DNA of 64,000 nt, from contig CM075997.1 of NCBI GenBank assembly GCA_038087875.1, positions 5,704,001-5,768,000 on the forward strand, in the 5' to 3' direction. The notes under the pieces are model-generated. The model worked only from the letters and a program-made list of their open reading frames with translations. It did no database searches and was not told the DNA's origin. Made by a program: the position numbers and the translations under genes. The DNA comes from Malacoraja senta (Eukaryota). Positions 48,626 through 62,120 of this stretch are shown one piece after another (position 1 is the stretch's first letter; every line of letters begins with the position of its first letter).

Positions 48626-50795
48626 AACGTGAACTTCACCTGGAAAGATGTAAAAGGGCAGGTGTTGCATCTCTTCCAATTTTTGGAGAAAATATCACTT
48701 GATGTGGAGATGGACGAACGGACTAGGAGTCTTGAACGGAGTGATCCCTCCCAAATTTCTAGTGGTGGAATTTAGGTGAAGCTGGCAGAAATTGCAAAGG
48801 GTGAATGCAGAGGCATGGAAGGTAAGGGCTAAGCGACCCGTTTGTGCATTGACAAGGAGGGGAGGAATACGATCAGATGTGGGAGAAATAGATGAGGTGC
48901 TTATGGACTCTCTCTATAAGATAGTAGAGGGGAAGATACAGAAACAAGGAACTGCAGGATACAGTTCAGGAAGATGGAAAACGTTTCAGAGGCACCTGTG
49001 AGGAATGTCTCAACACCATAGCAAATGCAACAGTGAGAGGAAATTAAATGGAATGGAGTCCCTGAAGGAGGCACAGGAAGGAAGTATAGTCAATGTAGTT
49101 GTGAGTCTGTGATATTATGATGGATTCCCTGAGGGAAGGAAATGGAAGATTTTTCTGGAAGAGACGCAATCGATGTTGAGGATTAAAATTTGTTATAGTA
49201 TCAAGAGGGAGAAATCAATGCTGGAAATATGAGATGAGACTAGAGTGGTTTTGCATCAGAACTTGCTGAATTTGATGTTGAAAGCTGAAGCATTTAAGAG
49301 TGGACAAGAATATTTGTAGAGAGGCAGCCCTTTCAGAATCTTGTAAAGGGAAAGGAGTTTGTTAGATGGTGACATATATAAGATCATAGTCTATATTTGT
49401 AAATCATTAACTTAGATAATTGTATGGTCAATTATTGTAAGTTGCCAACAGCATTGAAATTAACCAGCCAGCTAATTAACCATCTCTCTGTCCTCTTGGG
49501 CTTTCCATCTATACGATCATTACCACTTGCAGTTAGCTTAGTTTGCGCAAAAAAAAAAATGTTGTTTTATTGTGCACTTGAAAATATTTTTTTACCCCAG
49601 AGTCAAATATATTAATTACAGTTTTTGAGATGTTTTGGACAACTCAGCCACCCCTGAGCATGTCATTCTTCTTCCTGATACAATTTCCTTGTTGGAATAA
49701 ATAAGATGTTGTTTGCTCTCTGGGCAAGCTAGTTTTGCTCAGTACAGTATTGGAGTGACTCCCTAAAAAATCTCCATTCCAATTGTTTTCCCTAACCCAA
49801 CATCTCCAATCTTCCGATGCACTTCCGCTCCCCTCTCCCACCTTGTGATCTGTTGAAGACCCATTGGAGACCACAATTTTCCTCCCACTATATTACATTG
49901 GCCCTGAAATATTCACTCTTCCGCAATCCATGCTTCATATCCCCAATGTAAAGCATATGATCCTGACATAAACCATTAAACAGTATAGCAGAGGAACAGA
50001 ACCTTTGGCCTACAATGTCTTGGCAAACCATGATGTTAATTCAAGCAGCACATCTGCCTGTATGGTCTGTAATCCATCATTCGCTGTTTAAATTTGCTTG
50101 CCTAATGGCTCTTAAGCATTGCTATTGTTTCAACTTCCTCTGCCTCCCTAGGCCCAATGTTCCAGGCACCACCACACTACTTTCCCCCCACATCTTAGCA
50201 TTTCTACTCTGGGAACAGAACTCTCATAATTTTGTATACTTCCATCAGGTCATACCTCAGTGTCTGCGGCTCCAGGGAAAACAATCCACATTTGTCCACC
50301 ACCATTGGGGTATGAGTTATATCTTCCACTGCTACCATAGTGGGAACGCAACCACTTTTCCCCATCACACAATATACAACGTACTGTGCCTTCACTCGCA
50401 TCTATGTCCCAACCAACCCCTTCCAGCCACAGTACGGGCTGACTGGGCCTAAACACCTTGAATTCAATCTCAGATCCATAATTAGATAGCAGTTAACTTA
50501 TTAGGTAACATGTTAGGCAAATAACCATTCCTGGTTGTGATAAGACTGTGCCCTTTAGTCTCAAACACAACTTAAGTTTGTGGCATGGGTTCTGTGACTG
50601 GAATAATAATGCTTTGCAGCAAGACAGCCATTTAGTAGACCTTTTGAAATAACCTAGATAGCCTCTTTAAATTTCAAATGTATATATCAGCAATCTCATT
50701 TATTGGAGAGTCTATGCTGTTTTAATTTTGTCTGATATTTTGATGTCAAGAGATTATTTGTTAAACTCATCATATTTGCCCTTTTTTACATGCAG

Positions 50796-50870
50796 TCTTC
50801 TCAAGGAGGAGGGCACAGAACCCTTTTGTATGGTCATGCTATTCTACTCAGGCATTCTCATAGTGGCATG
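50796..50870 (+). CDS. RYR1: RyR1-like exon equivalent to RYR1 exon 4
   Basis: atgcag|TCTTCTCAA...GGCATG|gtaagt; 75 nt; [25 protein letters not shown] (SSQGGG is RyR1-type). Confidence 0.95.
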
Positions 50871-52162
50871 GTAAGTAAACCATAATAGACACATTTTTTG
50901 AAAGTTTTTTTTTGTCATTATCCTTGTGAAGGGTTTTCCTTCCCCTAAATGGTTTGCTTTGAGCAAGATTCAGTCAAGTGCATAGCTGTTTAGTAGGGGA
51001 TAAAACAAATAATTTGAATAGCTCCTCCAACATTATTTCTTCATAAACTTAAAAATTTCACTTCTCAAAATTCACTGCAAAGCGATTGTTATATGTTTGC
51101 TACGCACTACTCTTGCACCTATCATATGAAGTTAATCTTTACGCCTGATCTGAGGACATAGTAATTCATTAAATTCTGATCTATCTGTTGTGGATGATAT
51201 TGTGTGTAGCTTGAAATATATTTGAATTAATGAACTTCAGCCAATATAATTATTTCAAAATTGTTGTTAAAATTTAACATTTTTTAAAAATAGAAATGAC
51301 ATTTTGAGAAGTGTGTATTTTTACTGAGATGGATGTGACGGAAATATTCCTGTCAGGAAAAGGACAATGGTACATGCTCCGTGATCCTCTTCCCCATTGA
51401 ATATAATCACAACTGCTCTGATTGTAACTGCATTGCTGTTTGCTTCTGGTAATGTTTATATCAACAATTTTATATCTTCAAATTTTAGGCTGTCTTCAGC
51501 TGAAAATATTCAATGATTCTTCTCAATTGGTCTTTGAGAAAACGAGTTTCCAAGACTAATTAACTTTTGAGAAAACCAATTTCACCTCCTCTCAATTCCA
51601 TTTTGAAATGTAAACTCATGTTCTCGATTCTTCCACAGAAACCTCTCAGCATCTAATGAGGGTGTTCATTAACAATGAAGCTTGCTAATTTGTTCAAACC
51701 TCGAAAAAAAATAGTCCTGCCCACATTTAAATGGGAATTGTCCATTTAATTGTCGTGCTGTAACATGGTCTCTAGAGTGTTGGTTATGCCAAACCTTTGT
51801 TTTGTTGTTTAGTTTAAGCAAAATACTACTTCCCCAGTCTTTTGAATTTCACGTACATTTCTTTATTATTATTTAAGTTTAATTCGAAATGAATATGTTT
51901 GATCTGGTCCAACTAAATCTTTTACTGGAACCGTACTTAATCTGAAACTGCCTTCTAGATTGGATTTTTATTGTAATATCTTAATTTATATAATATTAGC
52001 ATTTGCCATTAATTTTGTAATGCTTATCTATGGCTTTGATTCTATTTATACAATTTTATTTGGGTTATATGGCAAATAATGTGAAGGAATATAATCTATA
52101 GACTTGATTTTTTGCTATTTCCATATTTGCAGGCATAACTCTTACCATCATTTTATTTCCAG

Positions 52163-52241
52163 TATTTATGTTGTTTGACAACCTCAAGGTCTCTAACAGA
52201 TAAATTATCCTTTGATGTTGGACTGCAAGAAGATGCTTCAG
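52163..52241 (+). CDS. RYR1: RyR1-like exon equivalent to RYR1 exon 5
   Basis: tttccag|TATTTATGT...GCTTCAG|gtattt; 79 nt; [26 protein letters not shown](G). Confidence 0.95.
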
Positions 52242-52713
52242 GTATTTTTGAAAATATATAATGTTTTAATTGATTGGCTATTTCTGTTTTATAAGGTCAG
52301 GGACAGAATTGGTTAAAACCTTCCATGATTCAAAAGAGAAATGGCATTAATAGCAATTTATATTCTGTTCTCAGAGCCTTTTGTTGAAGTTTGAGTTGGA
52401 ATTTTACAGACGCTTAATGAAAATTACTGGCTGCGATATTTATTTACAGAAAAAGGAAAACATGTACATTCTGTATCTGATAATGCTTGGTCATCAATAT
52501 GTTTCATATAAGGAAAAATATTGATCAAATTGTACTTTGCATTTTCTCATATATAATGTATATTTGTTTTAATTTTTAAACGCGATAAAGAAGATGTTAA
52601 TGGGGAGATTAACTGTAATCTTAAATGAATGCAGGTGGGGCGGAGACGCATCATGATTTCTGTCATAAAGATGTGCTTTGAGTTTAAGTACATTTTTTAG
52701 AACAGTTTTTTAA

Positions 52714-52911
<198 letters not shown>

Positions 52912-53878
52912 TAGCAAATAGTCTTTAGAGCTATCATGACTATGTCTTATTTGTTCTGCATGTAAAATAGAAATAACTGAATATGGTGGTGGAAATTTAA
53001 GATATAAATATATTTTATAAAAATAGTTTGAGGAAATGGAAAAATCCGGTTGAATATTTGGGCAATGGATTTAAGTGAATTTTAAGTAAAATGACCTGGT
53101 GGCAATTGAGCATAAAGAAAATGATAAAAATGCATGCGATATGTTAACCATGATTACTAGAGGGTGAGGGGTGAGAATGTAAAGCAAAATTTAGCTATAG
53201 CCAAGACGGTTGTATGCTGCTAGGATATGTATCAGCGTGATCTCTTTGAAAGTCAGACTTAAGAGTTAATGGCCTACTCCTAACCTGTCTCAATTACCCT
53301 ACTTCTAAAGGGGTTGAATTGGTACCTATAATCTCAGGCCTTTGTATGAAACATTTAACACTCCAAAGGGTATTCAATGTTTTCCAATTTCTTGGTAGGA
53401 AAAATAATGGAATCCCTAACTAAAAGTTAAAGACACTTAGAATTGATCATTGTAATAGAAAATAATGTACACATGGAAAATCTTGCTTGACCAAACATTT
53501 TGATTTTAATTGGAGAGGGAGCAGAGATGGTGGACAGTAAAGCACTAAATGTAATACTAAAGGCTCTCAATGAGGTACCCCATAGTACTGTTATGGTAGG
53601 ATATGTAGCAGAGTGGAATGCTAACTAGTTTCAAGGTAAGAAAGTGAGGTAGAAAGATATTCACGGATGGATGATGATATTCCACAAGAACGAGTTCTAC
53701 GACAATATCCTTCGATGATTTAGACTTTGTGATCAACACCAGAATTTCTACACATGTAGATGATACCAAATCAGGGACTATCAAAAAAACCCTGTATATA
53801 CTGGAAATCTAAAATAAAGGTAGAACGTGCTGGTAGTATTCAATAGACCAGGCAACACCTGTGAAAATGAAAGCAGAG

Positions 53879-55488
53879 GAAATGGTGTTGGAAAGACTGA
53901 TGGGACTGAAGGCTGATAAATCCCCAGGGCCTGATGGTCTGCATCCCAGGGTACTTAAGGAAGTGGCTCTAGAAATCGTGGATGCATTGGTGATAATTTT
54001 CCAATGTTCTATTGCCTCAGGATCAGTTCCTGTGGATTGGAGGGTAGCTAATGTTATCCCACTTTTTAAGAAAGGCGGGAGAAAGAAAAAAGGGAATTAT
54101 AGACCAGTTAGCCCGACTGGTCGTGGGGAAGATGCTGGAGTCAATTATAAAAGATGAGATAGCTGAACATTTGGAGAGCAGTAACAGGATCCGTCCGAGT
54201 CAGCATGGATTTACGAAGGGGAAATCATGCTTGACTAATCTTCTGGAATTTTTTGAAAATGTAACTAGGAAAATGAACAAGGGAGAGCCAGTGGATGTAG
54301 TGTACCTGGACTTTCAGAAAGCATTTGATAAGGTCCCACATAGGAGATTAGTGGACAAAATTAGGGCACATGGTATTGCGGATAGAGTGCTGACATGGAT
54401 AGAGAAGTGGTTGGCAGACAGGAAACAAAGAGTAGGGATTAACGGGTCCCTTTCAGAATGGCAGGCAGTGACTAGTGTGGTACCGCAAGGCTCGGTGGTG
54501 GGACCGCAGCTATTTACAATATACATCAATGATTTGGATGAAGGGATTCAAAGTAACATCAGCAAATTTGCAGGTGACACAAAGCTGGGTGGCAGTGTGA
54601 ACTGTGAGGAGGATGCTATGAGAGTGCAGGGTGACTTGGACAGGTTGGGGGAGTGGGCAGATGCATGGCGGATGAAGTTTAATGCGCATAAATGTGAGGT
54701 TATCCACTTTGGTAGCAAAAACAGGAAGGCAGATTACTATCTAAATGGCGTCGGGTTGGGAAAAGGGGAAGTACAACAGGATCTGGGGGTCCTTGTACAT
54801 CAGTCTATGAAAGTAAGCATGCAGGTACAGCAGGCAGTGAAGAAAGCGAATGGCTTGTTGGCCTTTATAACAAGAGGAATCGAATATAGGAGCAAAGAGG
54901 TCCTTCTGCAGTTGTACAGAGCCCTAGTGAGACCACACTTGGAGCATTGTGTACAGTTTGGGTCCCCTAATTTGAGGAGGGACATTCCTGCTATTGAGGG
55001 AGTGCAGCGTAGGTTTACAAGGTTAATTCCCGGGATGGCGGGATTGTCATATGCTGAGAGAATGGAGCAGCTGGGCTTGTACACTCTGGAGTTTAGAAGG
55101 ATGGGAGGGGCTCATTGAAACATATAAGATTGTTAAGGGTTTGGACAAGCTAGAGGCCGGAAACATGTTCCCGATGTTGGGGGAGTCCAGAACCAGGGGC
55201 CACAGTTTAAGAATAAGGAGTAAGCCATTTAGAACGAAGACGAGGAAACACTTTTTCTCACAGAGAGGTGAGTCTGTGGAATTCATGCCTCAGAGGCTGG
55301 TGGAGGCGGGTTCTCTGGATGCTTTCAAGAGAGAGCTAGATAGGGCTCTTAAAAATAGCGGAGTCAGGGGATATGGGGAGAAGGCAGGAACGGGGTACTG
55401 ATTGGGGATGATCAGCCATGATCACATTGAATGGCAGTGCTGGCTCGATGGGCCGAATGGCCTACTCCTGCACCTATTGTCTATTGTC
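53879..55488 (+). mobile_element. CR1 LINE, 5'-truncated RT with few frameshifts, inserted into a Penelope-type terminal fold-back
   Basis: [30 protein letters not shown] (D to G); (CTATTGT)n tail; CAGAG duplicated at 53874-53878 and 55488-55492. Confidence 0.9.
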
Positions 55489-55611
55489 AGAGTTACTGTT
55501 TCAGGTCAAAGACCCTTCGTCAGATTCTGACTTGGATTTGATGAAGGGCGTTTGACCTGAAATGTTAACTATCTGTCTTCCCAGAGGTGCAGCCTGTCTT
55601 GCTTAGTATTT

Positions 55612-57660
55612 CAATGGTACTTTATTTGTCACATGCACGGAGGTACAGTGAAATTCATCTTTGTATTGCCGAGGTATCACTATACATAAGGTCATAGATA
55701 CATCTTAGATAAGCATCTCAGTTACGGTATAATTGTATAGTAGCAGTATATTGAGACAGTTTACAGAGTTCCAGTTACAGAGTCCAGAATCCCATGTTCA
55801 AGTCCTAGTTGTTCTGGGTGTAGAGTTCTTAACCTGAGCATGAAGGCATGTTGGCCAGGCCAAGCGTGGTTGTTGGAGTCCTTCACTGCTCTGTGCCGCT
55901 GCAGGCTGCGTCCAGCCCACATGCTAGGCCTCTTGGAGCGCCCTCCAGTCCAGCCAAGCCCCAGGCTGCTGTAGGGCCTCCAGTGGCCCATTCCACCGAT
56001 AAGCCACTGCACTGCCTCCTGCAGCTGGTCGGCTTATTGGTCCACTGTTCAACTCCGATTCCCTCCTCCCCAGTCCATGGGACGAGCAAGGTCTGGGCTT
56101 GGTGGCTTCCCTCTCCGGACGGGTTCCCAGTTCAGCAGCAGGCAAACCAGGCCTGATGTCGGATATGGCGGCGGCACACCTGGGTGACCTTTAGGCATTT
56201 TCCGTTTTTGTACCAAATTATGGACGCAGTTCAGCAATAAGGAGGATGTTAATAAACCCGCTGAATCGTTAGCAAATAAAGTTCAATGTAATTATGGTGA
56301 GGCACATATTGCCGGGAGAATAAGGAGGCCACATTTCCTGAAAGATTGTCCAGCTGGGGTGAAATAATTATTCTCAAGGTACAAATGCACCAATCACAAA
56401 AAATGGTGGGACCGCCACACAATAGGTTAGCGACAGACTTGGTTTATTTCCAAAAAAATACAATTTTAAAAAATGAGGCATATTATGCTAAACCTATATT
56501 GAACTTCGGTTAGACACACTTGGAGTATTGTGACAGATCTTGCCGCATTATTAGAGAGGATACAGCAGCACTATGGACCTGCAGAGAATCTTTATAAGGA
56601 TAGTATCGGACATGCTTATCAAGGACATACTTATCAAAGAAAATAAAGAGCTTGAGCCTTTTTTCTCTCTTGAAGGGTTAATAGAGATCTTCAAATTGAT
56701 GTCAAACTTATAAAGCATGGAAACTGGCTCTTTGGCACAATTCATTCATGCCAACCAAGTTGTCTACCTGAACTAGTCCCAGTTACCTGTATTTAACACA
56801 TATCGCTTTAAAATGTTCTTATCCATGTGCCTGTTTAACAGCCTTTTAAATGTTCTAATCGTAATCACCTCTCCAGCTTCTTTAACAGCTCACTCCAGCT
56901 ACCTACCACCGTCTGTGGAAAAAGTTGTCCCTCGGGTCCCATTTAAATCATCTCTTCTTAGCTTACACCTTTGCCCTCTTGTTTTAGCATCCTCTCCCCT
57001 GGTAAAAAAAAGTGACCATCCATCTTATCTATGACTCTCATGATTATATTCCTCAAAGAATGCTTTTAATGTCACATGTGCGAAGTGCGAACGTTCAGTG
57101 AAACTCTTTTCTTGCAAACAGTCCAGTAGAGTATTGCCATACCTAAGCACATCCCCGATTAGCAAAGTATACAGAAATAGTCAACTGATCCCGCATGCAA
57201 TCGGCACCATATTTGAAGCCATTTCCAAAGTGCAGTCCGCGTTGTAGTTGTTATGAGTGGTGCCTGTCCTGGCAAGCTCCTGGCTGCTGTGGCCTCTAGC
57301 CGTCGGCTTCCTTGGACGTGTGGATCGGCCAGAGATCCATTTCACTTCACCCGTCCTTATCTCGCCCGTCCATCTTTGTGTTCGGGGAGGGCCTCCTTAA
57401 AGGCCAGTGCCTGGTTCTCTCTCCTACCGGCTTTGCTCCTCGCTGGTTATGTCTATTGTCATTGATGGCTCCATCCTCAGGGGACGAGCAGGGGCCGGTT
57501 TGGCAGGGTCCCCTGGCAGTCTGGTCCGCCGGGTCTTGCATTTGGCCATGGGGGACTGGCTCGACCGCTTCCCCTTGCAGTTTGTGGTCCGCTGGGTCTT
57601 GCATTCGGCCATGGGGGACTGGCTCGGCTGCTTCTCCCTATAGGCCGCGGCCCTCTCCCT
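55612..57660 (-). mobile_element. Two related GC-rich non-autonomous retroelement copies (55612-56160 and 57050-57660) among CR1 debris
   Basis: Both have a TTTATT/TAATGTCACATG...CAGTGAAA tail at their left edge and share CCAGGCTGCTGT/CCTGGCTGCTGT...GGCCTC; 63-bp tandem duplication at 57522/57585. Confidence 0.45.
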
Positions 57661-58889
57661 TCCATTTTCCTGTGCTCCAGGGAAAAATGTCACAGCCTAA
57701 CCAGCCTCTCCTTGTAGCTCAAGCCCTCCATTTGCAGCAACATCCTTTTCAATATTTTCTGTGTCCCAATGGCATCCTTCCTAGACCTTGGCGACCAAAA
57801 CTGTACACAATGCTCCAAGTGTTGCCTCTCTGAAATCTTGTACAACTGCCACATGAGTAAGGACAACATGAAAAATGTCTTCTTCACCACCCTGTCTACC
57901 TGTGGTGCCATTTCAAGGAACTTATGTACTTATATTCTTAGGTTCCTCTTTTCTATAATACTCTCCAGGGCCCTACCATTCACTGAAAATTGTACCCTGG
58001 TTTAACTTCCCAAAATACACCTGACACTTATCATTCTTGGCTCACTTTCCCAGATGATCAAGACCCCATTGTAATTTTTGATAACTTTGTTCACTGTAAA
58101 CTTAATAACTATGCTTTGTACATTCTCAACCATTAAAAAAAAAAAGACAAATCACAATGATCCCTGTGACACACCATGAGCCTCCAGTCTGAAAACTCTT
58201 CCTTCACCATCTTCCGCTTCCTACTATCAAGCCAATTATGTATCCAATTAGCTAGCTCTCCCTGGACCCTTCCAGACTAGCCTAATATACGTGTGTTATC
58301 AAAGGCTTTGCTAAAGTTCATATAGATGCATTGAGTCATGAGCTGTGAACAGTGTTCATGTCCTGGCCTCATCAATCCTTTTGGTAACATCTTCAAAAGA
58401 AGATTTGTGAGACTTGATTTCTCACACAAATGCTATGCTATTTCTAATTAGTCTATGGACATCCAACTGCTCGTAAATCCTTTTTCACATCATCCCCCCC
58501 AGTCACTACCCACCACTGATGTCAGGCTCACTGGGCTGCAGTTCACTGGCTTCTGCTTGGTGCCCTTTTTTAAATAATGGCATAACAATAGTCTTCACCC
58601 TGTGGCTAATGTTGATGCAAATATTTCTACAAGGCCCTGTGCAATTTCTGCCCTCGCTTCCCATGAGGTCTCAGAATGTACTCTGTCACAATCCATGTAC
58701 TGTGAAGGTACAGTGAAATTTGAGTTACCATACAGCCGTACTAAGTGAAAAGCAACAAGACACACAACCCATGAGGTCTGAGAATGTACTCTCACAATCT
58801 GGGGATTTATCCACCTTAATGTGCATTAAGTTTGCCAATGCCTCCTCTTTGATAATTTGTATATCAGCCATCATCCACATGTCCAGAGA

Positions 58890-59835
58890 TCCATTTGTAG
58901 CAGCCATCATCCATCTGCTCCATTGTTCCCATGCTCACCTGGATAAGCTGGCAAGCACTGTGAGAGTCATGTTTTTTTACCTCTCCAGTGCTTTTAACAC
59001 TGTTAGGGAGCAAACTGACGAAGATGCGGGTGGATCCTCCATTGGTGTCATGGATCACCAACTATCTGACTGGACGACCACAGTATGCCAGGCTACAGAA
59101 CTGTGTCTCAGACATGGTAGTGAGCAACAAAGTGGGTGGTTCTCTCCCCCTTCCTGTTCACCATCTACACCTCGGACTTCAGATATAAAGCGGGCTCCTG
59201 CCACCTGCAGAAGTTTTCGGATGACTGCAATTGTGGGCTGCATCAGTGAAGAGAGGGAAGCTGAATACAGAGGTGTAGTCAACAACTTTGTTGGGTGGTG
59301 TGGGCTGAATCACCTGCAGCTCAACACCGACAAGACTCAGGAGTTAGTGGTGGACATTAGAAGGAGAGGAACACACCTGTCCCCTGTCTCCATATATGGT
59401 GTGGATGTGCAGTTTACCAAGGAGTACAAATACCTTGGAGTGTACCTGGACATTAAACTCGACTGGTCCAGGAAAACTGAGGCCCTGTACAAGAAGGGAC
59501 AGAGCTGGCTGTAGTTTTTGAGAAGGCTCTGCTCCATCAACGTCTGCAGTAAGATGTTGCAGATGTTCCACCAATCGGTGGTGGCTAGTGCCATCTTCTT
59601 CACTGTCATGTGCTGGGGCAGCAGGGCGAAGCCTACAGGCGCCAACAGGATTAACAAGCTCATCAGGAAAGGCTGGCTCTGTCCTGAGGGCGGAGTTGGA
59701 TTCGTGGGAGGTGGTCTTGGAAGGGAAGATGCTTCTCAAACTGCGGAGCATTTTGGACAATACAACTCACTTTGACACACTGGTCAACCTGAGGATTAAC
59801 TTCAGCAACAGACTGGTTCCACCAAGATGCAGTAA
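58890..59835 (+). mobile_element. Rex1/Babar-clade LINE RT fragment
   Basis: VRVMFFYLSSAFNT; WITNYLTGRPQYARL; LQKFSDD; WCGLNHLQLNTDKTQELVVD; YKYLGVYLD; KKGQS; FHQSVVASAIF. Confidence 0.85.
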
Positions 59836-60759
59836 ATTGATTAAGGAAACTTCCTCAGATGCATATAACAAGTTCCACCTGTTCCAATTATGTTATACTA
59901 TGGGAGATCAGTCAATATTAGAGAAGTTAAAATCTCCCCCGAATACTACCCTACTATTCTTAGTTATCTTTTATCTCCCTGTACTTGTAGACAACGTCTG
60001 CGACCCTATCTCGTCAATCCTCTTGGTCACCCTCTTCACCTCATTGGAGCAGATGTACAAAAGCCTGTTCAAATAAGTAGATTTGGAAAAACCTTTCTGA
60101 GGGAAAAAAGAGAAATGCAGCAGGTTGAGAAGAAAAGTCCAGATAGTAGGCCCAATGCAACTTAAGGCAGGTTTCTCCTCTCCATCAGTCTAGAGTGATC
60201 CGATCAAAGATGTCATCTGTCCATTTACCTCCACAGATGCTGTCTGCCCCGTTGAGTTCCTGCAGCATTTTGTTTTTGTTTGCACAAGATTTAGTCATCC
60301 CAATAGATAAAACATCCACAAAATCTTGACAACATTTGATTATTCCTTAATGAGGTCAGTTATCATCGCTTAATTGGAAGGCCATTGTCATGACCTAGCC
60401 AAGGGAATTGGGATGTGTTGTTGGAATTACAGGTTACGGTAAAGTAATTAAGTTAAGGCGCAAAAAATGGGCTAGAAAAGAGAAGGGGCAAGACTTGTGT
60501 TCCAAAATAAAGATAAGAATTTTAATACTTAATTTTAAGAGTGTTGCGTAAACTGGTGCCAATTTAAATCAGTAGGCATAGAACTGAAGTGAATTGAAGA
60601 GAATGTGGAAAGATCTTGTGTTTGAGGGTAAAATGAAAAGGAGACCGTGCATCGGATTTGTCAAGTCTACAGGCAAGAAACGCATGGACGAACATTTGAT
60701 TGGTTGTGGTCGGGTGAAGGTCAGCTAATATTGTGGAATAAAATAGATGGTCATAGTGA

Positions 60760-60990
60760 TGTAGAAACAAAGAATTGTAGATGCTGATTTATAAAAAAAG
60801 ATAGACATAAAGTGCTGGAGTAACATTGGGTCAGGCAGCATCTCTGGTGATAAAGGATAAAGTGATGTTTCAGGTCGGGACCCTTCTTCAGATTCCAAAG
60901 AAGGGTCCCAACCCGAAACATCACCTACCATTTTTCTCCAGGGATGCTGCCTGACCCGCTGAGTTACTCCAGTATGTTGTGTTTATCTTT
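60760..60990. mobile_element. Fold-back (inverted) pair of Penelope-like terminal repeats
   Basis: Left arm is the reverse complement of the right arm around ~60895; both carry GAAGGGTCC...GAAACATCAC hammerhead remnants. Confidence 0.75.
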
Positions 60991-61292
60991 GATCACAGTG
61001 GTGATGTGGATATCTAGTCTGATGCTCTTCTCTGAGTCAACGCTGATACTAAGGTGGTGAATGAACTGGTCCAATTCCATTTGATATTTAGGAGAGCAAT
61101 GGAATTAGTGATTATGATATAGATTGACAAGCTAATTATTTTTGCTGCTTTCAATAGATTGTGAAGCATATATCTTATGAGTAATAGTAATAAAATATAT
61201 AATTGGTCAATGTGAAATTTACTTTCTCTCAATTTTGTGTAGGTTATGGAATATACGGTACTGACAATTTTTTCTGTATATCTTTTCCAAAG

Positions 61293-61392
61293 CATTTATC
61301 TTGTGCCAGCGGAGATTTGCAAGTGGATGCCTCTTTTATGCAGACTCTTTGGAATATGAACCCTACCTGCTCAGGCTGTGAGCTTGCTGAAG
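61293..61392 (+). CDS. RYR1: RyR1-like exon equivalent to RYR1 exon 7
   Basis: ttccaaag|CATTTATCT...GCTGAAG|gttagt; 100 nt; [33 protein letters not shown](G); [16 protein letters not shown] is RyR1-type. Confidence 0.95.
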
Positions 61393-61509
61393 GTTAGTAA
61401 TTAATTGTGACATTTGGGGGGGGGGGGGGTGGGGGGGAAGGAAAGATAATCCTTTCATTAAAAATTATACTAATTCATAGTAGAACAACGAAATGACCAA
61501 GCACATCTA

Positions 61510-62120
61510 GATGTCTGTTCGATGAACACATGCGCTCTGTCCACCAAAGCTTGCTGGAACTCTCCTTACCATTCCCATATCGCCTTTTCATTTTCACTTC
61601 CTTCAATGCCAGAGTTTGGCCACTCACAAACTGGAAGAACAGCTTTCCGTATCTGCTTGAGTAACTTACAACCTAATGATATGAGCGTTGAACTCTTTGA
61701 TCTCCCCCACCTCTCCTCTTTCCCCTGCCCTCTCTCTCCCCCTCCCCTTCCAGAAGTCATCTCCCATCCCTGATTCTCATATTTCAATTTTATCCCACCC
61801 TTTCCCCTTCTCCATCCCCTTCCACTCATATCTTTCCCTCTGGCTTTCACTTAATATTTCCTTATGAGATGCCATTTTGTCTGCTTTTCACCTTTAGTCT
61901 TTGTCACTCCAACCTCAACTGAATCCACCTGCCACTTGCCTGGCTTTGCTCTACTCCCTCCTTGCCCAGCTGTCTTCCCCTTACAACATTCAGACTGAAG
62001 AAGAGGCTCAATACGAAATGCCATCTGTCCATTCCCTCCATAGATGTTTCCTGACCCACTGAGTTTCTCCAGCACTTTCATTTTTTGCTGAAGATTCCAG
62101 CATCTGTAGTTTCTTGTATC
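61510..62120 (+). mobile_element. Old Penelope-like 3' fragment
   Basis: KLEEQL...CLSNLQPNDMSVEL remnant and terminal repeat at ~61990-62120. Confidence 0.65.

Noticed and set aside
55761-57833. GC-rich ORFs of 60-173 aa as novel proteins
   Set aside because: They fall in non-autonomous repeat bodies, include a 63-bp tandem duplication and show no recognisable domain.
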